This document shows, piece by piece, positions 1 to 10,056 of a DNA stretch of 61,998 nt. Every line of letters begins with the position of its first letter. Position 1 is the stretch's first letter. The position numbers were made by a program, and so were the translations under genes. The DNA comes from Acidobacteriota bacterium (lineage in GTDB: Bacteria > Acidobacteriota > Thermoanaerobaculia > Multivoradales > JAGPDF01), in NCBI GenBank assembly GCA_012521815.1, contig JAAYLR010000235.1, positions 1 through 61,998 on the forward strand, in the 5' to 3' direction. The notes under the pieces were generated by a model. It ran no database searches. It saw only the letters and a program-made list of their open reading frames with translations, and was not told where the DNA came from.

Positions 1-912
1 ACGGAGCTGGAAGAGGCGCTGCGCGCGGTCGACCCGGCAATCGTCGACGCCGTCGACTCCGATCGCTGGTTCGCCGCGGTGGTCGCGCTCGCCGGCTGGA
101 ACCGCTGGACTCACGGCACGGAGATCCACGACGCCCGCGACTGGCTCGTCGCCCGCTTCGGAGAGCTGCCGGGGGTGACGGTGACCACGCAGTCGTTCCA
201 GGTCGGGAGCACGATCGCGTGGAACGTGCTCGCGACCCTGCCCGGGCTGGGCGACACGGGGCGCCTCCTCGTCGTGGGCGGCCATTACGACTCGACCTCG
301 CAGAGCCCGCAGATCGCGGCGCCGGGGGCCGAGGACAACGCGAGCGGCTGCGCCGGCGTCCTCGAGCTCGCCCGGATCTTCACCGTCTGGCGGCCGCAGG
401 TGACGATCGTCTTCGCCTGCTACAGCGGCGAGGAGCAGGGGCTCTACGGCGGTGCGGCACATGCCCAGAGCCTCGTCGCCGCCGGGCTCGCCCCGACCGT
501 GGCGCTGATGCTCAACATGGACATGATCGGCTACACGGCCGACGCCGATCTCGACGTGCTGATCGAGACGAACACCACCCATGCCGGACGCCTCGCCGAC
601 TTCCAGGCGGCGGCCGCCACCTTCACCGACCTGCGGGTGGTGACCTCGTTCTCCGCCTCCGGTTCGGACCACGTGCCGTTCCTCCAGCGAGGGATGCCCG
701 CCGTGCTCACGATCGAGAACGACTGGTCGATCTACCCTCACTACCACCGGACGACCGACCTGCCCGGCGCGCTCACCCCGGTGATGGCGGAGAACATCCT
801 CCGGATGAACGCCGCGGTGGTCGCCGCGCTCGCAGACGCGCCGCTCCACGTGCTGCTCGCCGACGGCTGCGAAACGGGCGACCTCGGCGCCTGGTCGGCT
901 TCGTTGCCCTGA
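1..912 (+). CDS. M28 family zinc metallopeptidase (aminopeptidase), 5' end cut by the window edge
   Basis: Frame 1 is open from nt 1 (TELEEALRAV...) into track ORF 79..912. Motifs GGHYDS, AEDNASGCAGVLELARIF, SGEEQGLYG, NMDMIGY and GSDHVPF are typical of M28 peptidases. Confidence 0.8.
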   Translation, partial: TELEEALRAVDPAIVDAVDSDRWFAAVVALAGWNRWTHGTEIHDARDWLVARFGELPGVTVTTQSFQVGSTIAWNVLATLPGLGDTGRLLVVGGHYDSTSQSPQIAAPGAEDNASGCAGVLELARIFTVWRPQVTIVFACYSGEEQGLYGGAAHAQSLVAAGLAPTVALMLNMDMIGYTADADLDVLIETNTTHAGRLADFQAAAATFTDLRVVTSFSASGSDHVPFLQRGMPAVLTIENDWSIYPHYHRTTDLPGALTPVMAENILRMNAAVVAALADAPLHVLLADGCETGDLGAWSASLP

Positions 913-935
913 GTCCGGCCCCGTAGAATCGGCGC

Positions 936-1988
<1,053 letters not shown>

Positions 1989-1991
1989 ACG

Positions 1992-2010
1992 GGTGCGCGC
2001 TCAGCGCACC
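1992..2010. terminator. Short GC hairpin between the convergent mtnA and mraY stops
   Basis: GGTGCGC-gctca-GCGCACC (7-bp stem) overlaps the mraY stop codon. There is no U-tract. Confidence 0.25.
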
Positions 2011-3107
2011 TTGAGCGAGAGGAGCGCGATCGCGGCGAGCAGGAGGGAGACGATCCAGAGCCGCACGACCGCCTTCGGCTCGGCGATCCCGCGGAAGGTG
2101 AGGGCGTGGTGGAACGGCGCGCGCAGCACGAGGCGGCGGCCGAGGCGGGTGCCGATCTTCTCCTGCACGAGCGAGGTGAAGATCTCGAGCACGAAGAGCC
2201 CGCCGGCGATCGGGAAGAGCATCTCCTGACGGAGGAGGAAGGCCATCATCGCGATCGCGCCGCCGATCGCGAGCGAGCCGGTGTCGCCGAGGAAGACCTC
2301 GGCGGGGAAGGCGTTGCGCCAGAGGAAGCCGAGCACGGCGCCGATCAGCGCGGCGCCGAAGATCACCAGCTCCTCGGCGCCGGTCAGGTAGGGGAAGAGC
2401 AGGTAGCGCGAGAGCACGGCGTTGCTCATCACGTAGGCGAAGACGACGTAGACCGCGAGCACCGTGGTGGCCGCGCCGCAGAGCAGGCCGTCCATGCCGT
2501 CGGTCACGTTCACCGCGTTGACGATCGAGAAGATCGCGAAGACCGCGAAGAGGAAGAAGCCGAGGGCGCCGAGGTCGAAGAGCGGCTGCTTGACGAACGG
2601 CACGAAGAGCGCGGTGCGCAGCGCCGCGGGCACCGGGCTCGCGTCGGCGACGAGCAGCCAGGAGAAGGGGACGATGAAGGCGAGCAGCAGGAGCGTCTTC
2701 GTCAGCTGTCCGAGGCCGAAGAGCGACGACCGGAAGCGCACCTTGAGGGCGTCGTCGACGAGCCCCACGAGCCCGAGGTAGACGAAGCCGGCGATCACGA
2801 GCAGCAGCTGCACGCTGTCGAGATGCCCCCAGACGAGCGCCGAGGAGGCGCACGCCAGGAGGACGAGCAGGCCGCCGCCGGTGGGCGTCCCCTGCTTGGA
2901 GTGGGTGTGGAGCGAGAGGAACTCCCCGGAGGTGTCGCGCAGCCGGCGCTGGTAGAGGAAGACCACCAGCTTCCAGCCGAGCAGCACCGCGACGGCGAGC
3001 GAGGTGGCGAGCGCCATGAGGGCCCGGAAGGTGACCGACTCGGCGAGGCGGAAGAAGCCGAAGTCGATCCCGAGCCGTTGCAGCGCATCGATCAGGAGCT
3101 GGATCAT
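2001..3107 (-). CDS. mraY: Phospho-N-acetylmuramoyl-pentapeptide transferase
   Basis: 368 aa and polytopic. Motifs are KQGTPTGGG (K..TPTMGG-like), NAVNVTDGMDGL, GDTGSLAIGG and APFHH. The ATG overlaps the murG stop (ATGA at 3104-3107). Confidence 0.9.
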   Translation of the reverse strand: MIQLLIDALQRLGIDFGFFRLAESVTFRALMALATSLAVAVLLGWKLVVFLYQRRLRDTSGEFLSLHTHSKQGTPTGGGLLVLLACASSALVWGHLDSVQLLLVIAGFVYLGLVGLVDDALKVRFRSSLFGLGQLTKTLLLLAFIVPFSWLLVADASPVPAALRTALFVPFVKQPLFDLGALGFFLFAVFAIFSIVNAVNVTDGMDGLLCGAATTVLAVYVVFAYVMSNAVLSRYLLFPYLTGAEELVIFGAALIGAVLGFLWRNAFPAEVFLGDTGSLAIGGAIAMMAFLLRQEMLFPIAGGLFVLEIFTSLVQEKIGTRLGRRLVLRAPFHHALTFRGIAEPKAVVRLWIVSLLLAAIALLSLKVR

Positions 3108-5071
3108 CGCGGCTCCTCCTCGAGAGCCCGGGCGGCGGCGAGGAACCGCTCCCGGATCCGGAACGACGGGGAGAACTCCGAGGTCGTCACCACGACGCGC
3201 TCGAGCAGCAGCCGCACCGCCATCCGATCGCGCAGGCGGCCGCTTTCGAGGCCCCGGGCCACCGCGTCGAGGAGCGCCTCGCGCAGCCGCACCGACCGCT
3301 CGGTCGCGAACGGCGCCGCGAGCGCGAGGAAGCGGCGCTCGTCGAGCACCGCGACCGCGGCCCGCAGCGCCGCGCCCCGCACCTCGAACCCTTCCCGCCG
3401 CCGCCCCGCGAGGCGCTCGACCCCGCGACCGAGGGCGGGCACGGCGCCGAGCTCGGCGGGGAAGCGCAGGATCAGCGCGAGCGCCTCCCGGCGGACCTCC
3501 CAGTAGGAGTCACCGAGACCGCGCTCCGCGGCGGCCGCGAACCCCTCCCCGCACCGCTCGGCCTTGGCGAGCGCGGCGAGCGCGTTGCGGCGCAGGAACC
3601 CCGGCCAGCGCGCGAGCCCGGCGATGAGCTCCGGATACCGGTCGGCCCGCCGGAGCGCGCCGACGAGCTTGATCCCCCGGTTCACCGTCGCCTCGTCGCC
3701 GGCGGCGAGGTACTCGTCCACCTTGGCGTCGTAGAGGCGGTGGTAGAGACCGCGGGGGGTCGCCTCGAGGTGCGCGACGAGGCTGTCGTACTGCCGCTGG
3801 AAGCGGACGAACGCCGGCTCGACGATCGCGCTCGTGGTGGCCGGCTCGCGCCCGGCGAGCAGGAGCCTGATCGCCTCGGTCGCGAGGCGCGCGCTCTCCG
3901 GGGTGTCGAGGGCGCGCGCCCGGGCCGCGAGCCGCGCCCGGCGTTCGGGGTCGTTCGCGAGCGCGACGATCGCCGCGGCAAGCTCCTCGGCGGGGACCTG
4001 GTCGACCTCGCCGCCGAGCCCGGCCCGCTCGAAGAGCACCTCGACCGCCCCCTCCTCGGCGAGCGCCACGGCGTTGAGCTCCTGGTGATCGCCCGGCAGC
4101 CCCCGCTTCGGGACCGCGATCATCGCGCGGCCGAGCGCCATCGTCTCGGCGAGCGCCCCGGCGCCGGCGCGGCCGACGACGAGATCGGCCGCCCGCTGCC
4201 AGTCGGCGAAGTCGTGGAAGTACTCCGTGGCGCGGTAGAAGAGCTCGCCGGCGGCGTTGCGCGCGGTCCGCGAGGCGGCGTCGAACCGTTCCCCGAGGGC
4301 GGCGGCGAGCCGCGGCAGGCTGTCGGCCACCGCGTCGTACTCCGGGCCGCGGGCGAGCCCGAGGCCGTGGACGATGAAGAGGCCGGGCACCTCGGCGAGC
4401 GCCGGGAGGGCGGCGGCGAGCGCGCGGTTGATGCTGCGCGAGCCGAGCGAGCCGCCGGAGACGACGACGAGCGTCGCCTCCTCGGGCACCCCGAGCCGCC
4501 GGCGGAGCGCGGCCGGCTCCTCCTCGCCGACCTCACGGTAGGCCGCGCGCACGGGGTAGCCGGTAAACAGGCAGCGGGTGCTCCAGACGAAGTACGGCGT
4601 CTCGCGGAAGGCGACGAGCACCAGGTCGGCGAGCAGCGAGGCGGCCTTGTTGAGCAGCCCCGGGGCGAGGTTCTGCTCGTCGAGGACGATCCGGAGGCCG
4701 AGCCAGGGGCGGAGGAGGAAGGCGGCGAAGACCACCGGCGCCGAGGCGTAGCCGCCGGTGGCGACGACGAGCTTCGGCCGGAAGCGGAGGAGATGGCCGA
4801 TCGCCTGGAGCACCCCGCCCGCGATCGTGACCCCGGCGCGCAGCTTGCCGAGCAGGCCGCTGCCGGCCACCGGCGCCGCGCGGACGAAGCCGAGGCGCAG
4901 CCCGTGGCGCGGGACGATCACCTCCTCGGCCCGGCCGCGGATGCCGAGATAGAGGCTCTCGCCGGCGATCCCCGCTTCCACGAGCGCCTCGTGGAGCGCG
5001 AGCGCCGGATAGACGTGCCCGCCGGTGCCGCCGCCGGTCAGGACGACGCGCACGGGACCGGATCGCTTCAT
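3104..5071 (-). CDS. murG: MurG-type UDP-GlcNAc:lipid I glycosyltransferase with a ~280-aa C-terminal helical-repeat (HEAT-like) extension
   Basis: 655 aa. The N-terminal ~375 aa are MurG-like (VVLTGGGTGGHVYPALAL..., GGYASAPV, GRAGAGALAE). The rest is Leu/Ala/Arg-rich repeated helical segments. Confidence 0.8.
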   Translation of the reverse strand: MKRSGPVRVVLTGGGTGGHVYPALALHEALVEAGIAGESLYLGIRGRAEEVIVPRHGLRLGFVRAAPVAGSGLLGKLRAGVTIAGGVLQAIGHLLRFRPKLVVATGGYASAPVVFAAFLLRPWLGLRIVLDEQNLAPGLLNKAASLLADLVLVAFRETPYFVWSTRCLFTGYPVRAAYREVGEEEPAALRRRLGVPEEATLVVVSGGSLGSRSINRALAAALPALAEVPGLFIVHGLGLARGPEYDAVADSLPRLAAALGERFDAASRTARNAAGELFYRATEYFHDFADWQRAADLVVGRAGAGALAETMALGRAMIAVPKRGLPGDHQELNAVALAEEGAVEVLFERAGLGGEVDQVPAEELAAAIVALANDPERRARLAARARALDTPESARLATEAIRLLLAGREPATTSAIVEPAFVRFQRQYDSLVAHLEATPRGLYHRLYDAKVDEYLAAGDEATVNRGIKLVGALRRADRYPELIAGLARWPGFLRRNALAALAKAERCGEGFAAAAERGLGDSYWEVRREALALILRFPAELGAVPALGRGVERLAGRRREGFEVRGAALRAAVAVLDERRFLALAAPFATERSVRLREALLDAVARGLESGRLRDRMAVRLLLERVVVTTSEFSPSFRIRERFLAAARALEEEPR

Positions 5072-5139
5072 CGGGAACCTCTCGCCAGCTGCCGCAACGC
5101 CGCGATCCTAACGCGGCGGCGGTTCTTCCCCACCGCCGC

Positions 5140-6228
5140 TCACCGCGGGCGGTGCGGATCGGCGGCGACCGCGGCGGCGAGCAGGCCGCGTGCCCGGGCC
5201 AGCTCGGCGTTGAGCAGGCTGGCGCCGGCGGCGCCGCGTTCGGCGTTGTGGCCGAGCAGCGCCAGCTTCAGGCCGAGGAGCGGGCAGGGGCGGAGGCGGC
5301 CGACGTGGACCGCCATCCCGTCGGTGTCGTCGAGATCGAGGCGCGCCTGCGGCCGGTCGTCGGCGTCGTGCACCACGAGGGGCGCCGCCGGCGCCGAAGG
5401 AAGCGCGAGCCGCTGCGGCTCGCCGCGCCAGCCGGCGAGCGCCGCGCGCACCGCGGCGAGCGAGGGGTCGCCCGCGAGGCGGACCGAGACCGTCTCGTGG
5501 TGGCCGTCGACGACCGGTACCCGGTTGCAGGCGGCCGAGATGGCGAGCGCCGCCGGCTCGATCCGTTCGCCGGTCAGCCGGCCGAGCAGCTTGCGGGTCT
5601 CCTCTTCGACCTTCTCCTCCTCGCCGCGGATGAACGGGATGACGTTGCCGAGCAGGTCGAGGCTGGCGACGCCGGGGTAGCCGGCGCCGCTCGCCGCCTG
5701 CATCGAGGTCATGAAGACCGCCTCGACGCCGAAGGTGGCGTGGAGCGGCGCGAGCGCCGTGACGAGCACGGTCGCCGTGCAGTTCGGGTTGCAGACGATC
5801 GCGCCGCGCCAGCCGCGCTCGCGGCGCTGGCGGGCGACGAGCGCGAGGTGATCCGGGTTGACCTCGGGCACGAGGAGCGGCACGTCGTCCGCCATCCGGA
5901 AGGCCGAGGCGTTGGAGAAGACCCAGGCCCCGGCGGCGGCGAACTCCGGCTCGAGCTCGCGCGCCGGCGCGCTGTCGAGGGCGGAGAAGACGACCGGTGC
6001 GAACGCGTCGCCAACGCTGGCCGGCGCGAGCACCTGTTCGCCGAGCCCTCCCCACGGCTCGCCGCGCAGCCGCCAGTCGCAGGCGTCGCGGTACCGCTTG
6101 CCGGCGTTCCGGTCGCTCGCGCAGAGGTGCCGGACGGCGAACCAGGGGTGGTGGCTCAGCCGGCGCACGAACCGCTGGCCGACCACGCCGGTGGCGCCGA
6201 GGACGGTGACGGGGATCCGGGGATGCAC
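5140..6228 (-). CDS. asd: Aspartate-semialdehyde dehydrogenase
   Basis: The real gene is the C-terminal 362 aa of track ORF 5140..7398. A GTG start at 6228 is preceded by GGAGAG. The sequence reads VTVLGATGVVGQRF...VCNPNCTATVLV...GHNAERGAAG. Confidence 0.9.
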   Translation of the reverse strand: MHPRIPVTVLGATGVVGQRFVRRLSHHPWFAVRHLCASDRNAGKRYRDACDWRLRGEPWGGLGEQVLAPASVGDAFAPVVFSALDSAPARELEPEFAAAGAWVFSNASAFRMADDVPLLVPEVNPDHLALVARQRRERGWRGAIVCNPNCTATVLVTALAPLHATFGVEAVFMTSMQAASGAGYPGVASLDLLGNVIPFIRGEEEKVEEETRKLLGRLTGERIEPAALAISAACNRVPVVDGHHETVSVRLAGDPSLAAVRAALAGWRGEPQRLALPSAPAAPLVVHDADDRPQARLDLDDTDGMAVHVGRLRPCPLLGLKLALLGHNAERGAAGASLLNAELARARGLLAAAVAADPHRPR

Positions 6229-6251
6229 GGAGCGCTCTCCTTCGTAGCGGG

Positions 6252-7547
6252 TCAGGCCGACCAGGCCGCGAGCGCGGCGTGGAGCGCCGCTTCCGTGGCC
6301 GGGAGCGGCTCGGAGAGGAGCGGCCGGCGCAGCGCCGCGGCGAGCGGCGGGGGCAGCGGGACCGCCGCGCCCGAGACCTCGAACTTCGCCGGGTGCGCGG
6401 TGCCGAGAAAGAGCCCCCGCTCGCCCGGCCGCAGCAGGCGGCGCAGCACGGCCGAGGCCACCGCGCCGTGCGGATCGACGGCGTAGCCCAGGGCGGCGAG
6501 GCGGGCGATCTCCCGGCGGGTGCCGTCGTCGTCGAGGCTCCCCCAGCGGAGCGCCGCCCGCAGCGCCTCGCGATCGTCGCCGTGGAGCCAGGCGATCCGC
6601 TCCCAGTTGCTGGGGGCGCCGACGTCCATGGCGTTGGAGAGCGTCGCGAGGCTCGGCCGCGGCCGCCACGCGCCCCCGTCGAGATAGTCGGGCACGGTGG
6701 TGTTGGCGTTGGTGGCGAGCGCGAGCCCGCCGAGCGGCAGGCCGAGCCGGCGGGCGAGGAGCCCGGCACAGAGGTTGCCGAAGTTGCCCGACGGAACGCA
6801 GACGACCGGCGGCGGGGCGTCGCCGGCGGCCGCGACCGCCTCGAAGTAGTAGAGCACCTGGGCGAGCAGCCGGGCGATGTTGATCGAGTTGGCGGCGACG
6901 AGGCCGTGGCGCGCGACGAGCGCGGGCGCGGCGAAGCTGGCCTTCACCAGGCGCTGGCAGTCGTCGAAGCTGCCGTCGACGGCGAAGGCGCGCACGTTGC
7001 CGCCGAGGGTCGCCATCTGCCGCTCCTGGCGGTTCGAGATGCGCCCGCGCGGGTAGAGCACCGCGACGCGCAGCGCGGGCAGGCCGTGGAAGGCGAGCGC
7101 CACCGCGGCGCCGGTGTCGCCGCTGGTGGCGGTGAGCACGGTGCGCGGCCCCGGCGCGCGGCCCGCCGCCGCCTCCCGCCGGGCGAGGAGGGCGAGGAGA
7201 CGGGCGAGGAAGCGGACGCCGAAATCCTTGAACGAGAGCGACGGCCCGTGGAAGAGCTCGAGCACCGCGAGCCCGTCGGGGAGGCGGACGAGCGGCACGG
7301 GGAAGTCGAACGCCGCGCCGGTGAGCTCGGCGATCTCGTCGCGCGCGAGCTCGTCGCCGAGCAGCTCGGCCAGGAGCGCCGTGGCCCGCTCCGGCCACGG
7401 CATCGCGAGGAGCGTGGCGATCGTCGCCGGCGACAGCGGCGCGAGCCGTGCGGGGACGAAGAGGCCGCCGTCGCCCGGCACGTTGGCGACCACCGCCTCG
7501 AGAAACGAGGCGCGGCGGCCGGGATCACGGGTCGAGACGAGCTCCAC
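6252..7547 (-). CDS. thrC: Threonine synthase
   Basis: This is the C-terminal 431 aa of track ORF 6252..8561. A GTG start at 7547 is preceded by GGAGGG, 2 nt after the thrB stop. The sequence reads GGLFVP...HGPSLSFKDFG...TATSGDTGAA. Confidence 0.9.
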   Translation of the reverse strand: MELVSTRDPGRRASFLEAVVANVPGDGGLFVPARLAPLSPATIATLLAMPWPERATALLAELLGDELARDEIAELTGAAFDFPVPLVRLPDGLAVLELFHGPSLSFKDFGVRFLARLLALLARREAAAGRAPGPRTVLTATSGDTGAAVALAFHGLPALRVAVLYPRGRISNRQERQMATLGGNVRAFAVDGSFDDCQRLVKASFAAPALVARHGLVAANSINIARLLAQVLYYFEAVAAAGDAPPPVVCVPSGNFGNLCAGLLARRLGLPLGGLALATNANTTVPDYLDGGAWRPRPSLATLSNAMDVGAPSNWERIAWLHGDDREALRAALRWGSLDDDGTRREIARLAALGYAVDPHGAVASAVLRRLLRPGERGLFLGTAHPAKFEVSGAAVPLPPPLAAALRRPLLSEPLPATEAALHAALAAWSA

Positions 7548-7549
7548 GC

Positions 7550-8536
7550 TCAGCCCTCCACCCGGCGGGCGCCGTGGGGATCGACCCGGCAGAGGCGGAT
7601 CCGGCAGGCGATCCCCGCGCGCCGCCAGGCCGCCGCCGCGCGCTCGCCCACCGCCGCGGCGTGGGCAGCCGCGGCCACCGCGAAGAGCGCCGGGCCGGCG
7701 CCGGAGAGGCTGCAGCCGAGCGCCCCGGCCTCCCGCGCCGCCGCCTGCACGGCCGCGAAGCCCGGCACCAGCGGCGCCCGGTGGGGCTCGACGAGGAGAT
7801 CGCGCAGGCTCGCGGCGAGCAGTGGCCTCTCGCCCGCGTGGAGGGCGTGGACGAGCGTCGCCAGGTTCTGGGCGTGGGCGACGACGAGCGGGAGCGGCAC
7901 CGCGGGCGGCAGCACGGCCCGGGCCTGGCGGGTGGGCAGCGCGAGCTCGGGCAGGAGGAGCACGAACCGGAGGTCGTCGGGCCACGGCAGCTCCCGGGGC
8001 CCCGCGTCGCCGGCGATCAGACGGACGCCGCCGAAGAGGATCGGCGCGACGTTGTCGAGATGGATCGCGCCGCTCGCGCTGGCCTCGGCCTCGGCGGCGG
8101 CGGCGAGGCGCCCGGCGTCGCCGAGCGGCCGGCCGAGCGCCTCGTCGATCGCCACGACGGCGGCCACCGCCGAGGCGGCGCTCGAGCCGAGGCCGCTCGC
8201 GACCGGCAGCCCCTTGTGCAGCGTCAGGGCGAGCGGCGGCAGCGGCGCGCCGAGCCGGCGGGCGACCGCCTCCCGGGCGCGCCAGACGAGGTTCTCGCGC
8301 GGATCGGCGGGGAGGCGCGCGGCGAACGGTCCGCGGCAGCGCAGCTCGTCGGCCGCCGCCGGCGCCGCGGTGACGAAGTCGCCCCACGGCTCGCCGTCGA
8401 GCGGCGCGAGCGCGACGCCGAGCACGTCGAAGCCCGCCGCCAGGTTGCCGATGCTCGCCGGCGCGAAGACCGTCACCGCGCCGTCGCCGGCGGCGGGCCG
8501 GGGGGCGGGGTCGTGATCGGGTGCGTTCGTTCTCAT
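7550..8536 (-). CDS. thrB: Homoserine kinase (GHMP kinase)
   Basis: ATG at 8536 (MRTNAP...). The sequence reads VFAPASIGNLAAGFDVLG...KGLPVASGLGSSAASAVA. It forms a thrB-thrC-asd co-directional block. Confidence 0.85.
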   Translation of the reverse strand: MRTNAPDHDPAPRPAAGDGAVTVFAPASIGNLAAGFDVLGVALAPLDGEPWGDFVTAAPAAADELRCRGPFAARLPADPRENLVWRAREAVARRLGAPLPPLALTLHKGLPVASGLGSSAASAVAAVVAIDEALGRPLGDAGRLAAAAEAEASASGAIHLDNVAPILFGGVRLIAGDAGPRELPWPDDLRFVLLLPELALPTRQARAVLPPAVPLPLVVAHAQNLATLVHALHAGERPLLAASLRDLLVEPHRAPLVPGFAAVQAAAREAGALGCSLSGAGPALFAVAAAAHAAAVGERAAAAWRRAGIACRIRLCRVDPHGARRVEG

Positions 8537-8922
8537 GGCCTGGATAGCAGAAGCCCCGCATCCTGACTCGAGGAGCGGGGCCGGGGTCTGCGCGCCTGCA
8601 GGCAGCCTCAGGCGGCTCCCGGCCCCGGCGGCACCCCCGCCGTGGCGGTTCCGGCCGGGGTGGCCCGAGAGCGCTGGAGAGCCGCGGCGAAAGGCATGGC
8701 CCGGCACGTTAGCGGCCGCGTGGCGAAGGTGTCAACTCTCGGGATCGCGCCGTGGCCGCGTTTCCCGCCCTACCCGAGCGGGTGAGCCACCCCGCCCCCC
8801 CGCGGCGTCGGGACAGTGGGACCACCCTCACATACTGTTCCGGCGGCAAGCATCGGGGCGCCGCTCCCCCGCCCGGCGCACGGGTGGACGGCGTGCGCCC
8901 GCTTCGAGAGGGGAGTCCCGTC

Positions 8923-10056
8923 ATGGTCATCGGTTCTCCGAGGGAATCACAGCCCCACGAACATCGCGTCGGCCTCACGCCCTTCCTGGCCAACCGGCTG
9001 GTCGAGCTCGGTCATACCGTCCTCATCGAGGCGGGTGCGGGAGTCGCCGCGCACTTCTCCGATGGCGACTATCAGCGCGCCGGCGCGCAGATCGTCTACA
9101 GCGCCGAGGAGGTCTACCGGCGCTCCGACATCGTCTGCCGGGTCGGGGCGGTCGCCGAGAGCGAGATCCCGCTGCTCCGCCCGGGGCTGACGATCTGCTC
9201 GTTCCACCACCTCGCGGTGGCGCCCAAGGAGCGGGTGCGGGCGCTCATGGAGCTCGGGGCGACGCTGGTCGGCTACGAGATCATCCGTGACGCCGCCGGC
9301 TGTCTGCCGGCACTGCGGCCGATGAGCGAGATGGCCGGGCAGCTCGCGATCCACGTCGCCGCCCACCACCTCCAGACCGAGAGGGGCGGGCGCGGCATCC
9401 TGATCGGCCACGTGCCGGGTGTGCCGCCGCCGACGGTGCTGGTGCTCGGCGCCGGGACGGTCGGCCACGCGGCGGCGCGGCAGGCGACCGCCTGCGGCTG
9501 CCACGTGATCGTCGTCGACCACGACCTCCAGAAGCTCGCCCGGATCCACGCCGACTCCGAGGGCCGGGTGGTCACCGCGATCGCCGGGCTCGAGAGGCTC
9601 GAGCGGTATACCTCCGTGGCCGACGTGGTGGTCGGCGCCATCCTCATCCCCGGCGACCGGGCGCCGTTCGTGGTCACCGAGAAGATGGTCGAAGGGATGA
9701 AGGCGGGGAGCGTGATCCTCGACGTCTCGATCGATCAGGGCGGCTGCGTGGAGACGAGCCGGCCGACGACGCTCGCCGATCCGACCTACATCTACCAGGG
9801 CGTCGTCCATTACGCGGTTCCGAACATGACCGCGAGCATCGCGCGCACCGCCTCGCGCGCCCTCGCCACCGCCACCCACGCCTACCTCGTGCGGCTCGCC
9901 GAGCTGGGGCTGGAGAAGGCGCTGGCGGCGGATCCGGGCCTGGCGCAGGGGATCTACATGGCCAACGGCAAGATGGTCAACGCGACCGCGGGCTCGGCGC
10001 TGGGTATCCCGGTGGTCGGGCTGGCGGAGGCGCTGGAGAAGGGGAACCGGGGATGA
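8923..10056 (+). CDS. ald: Alanine dehydrogenase family protein (Ald/PntA-like fold)
   Basis: ATG at 8923 lies after GAGAGGGGAG. The sequence reads MVIGSPRE..HEHRVGLTP...VLVLGAGTVGHAAA...ILIPG.RAP. Trimmed from track ORF 8752..10056. Confidence 0.8.
   Translation: MVIGSPRESQPHEHRVGLTPFLANRLVELGHTVLIEAGAGVAAHFSDGDYQRAGAQIVYSAEEVYRRSDIVCRVGAVAESEIPLLRPGLTICSFHHLAVAPKERVRALMELGATLVGYEIIRDAAGCLPALRPMSEMAGQLAIHVAAHHLQTERGGRGILIGHVPGVPPPTVLVLGAGTVGHAAARQATACGCHVIVVDHDLQKLARIHADSEGRVVTAIAGLERLERYTSVADVVVGAILIPGDRAPFVVTEKMVEGMKAGSVILDVSIDQGGCVETSRPTTLADPTYIYQGVVHYAVPNMTASIARTASRALATATHAYLVRLAELGLEKALAADPGLAQGIYMANGKMVNATAGSALGIPVVGLAEALEKGNRG

Noticed and set aside
5140-8561. Track ORFs 5140..7398 (752 aa) and 6252..8561 (769 aa) could be read as giant fusion proteins. 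The same applies to 20988..22946, 21965..24202, 49245..51959 and 57903..59492.
   Set aside because: Only the C-terminal part of each is protein-like (asd, thrC, aminotransferase, pgk, hsdS, LAB_N). The N-terminal extensions run through neighbouring genes in another frame and are Arg/Pro-rich. Internal starts with RBS or stop-start overlaps give normal-length proteins.
8537-8922. The 386-bp divergent thrB/ald region might hold a riboswitch or a Thr-leader attenuator. On the minus strand, a hairpin CCCCGC-15 nt-GCGGGG lies just upstream of the thrB ATG.
   Set aside because: There is no Thr/Ile-rich leader peptide and no recognisable riboswitch core (lysine, SAM, glycine). The stem is only 6 bp and has no U-tract. 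Evidence is insufficient.
10053-10056. The many ATGA/GTGA/TGATG start-stop overlaps might be something unusual. They occur at murG/mraY, ald/CoA-transferase, cca/nuclease, dus/aminotransferase, pgk/tpiA, DUF971/ppiA, bshB1/bshA and bshA/yigZ.
   Set aside because: This is a common feature of compact high-GC bacterial operons. It is useful for start-codon assignment and for arguing coupling in the R-M island, but it is not a novelty in itself.
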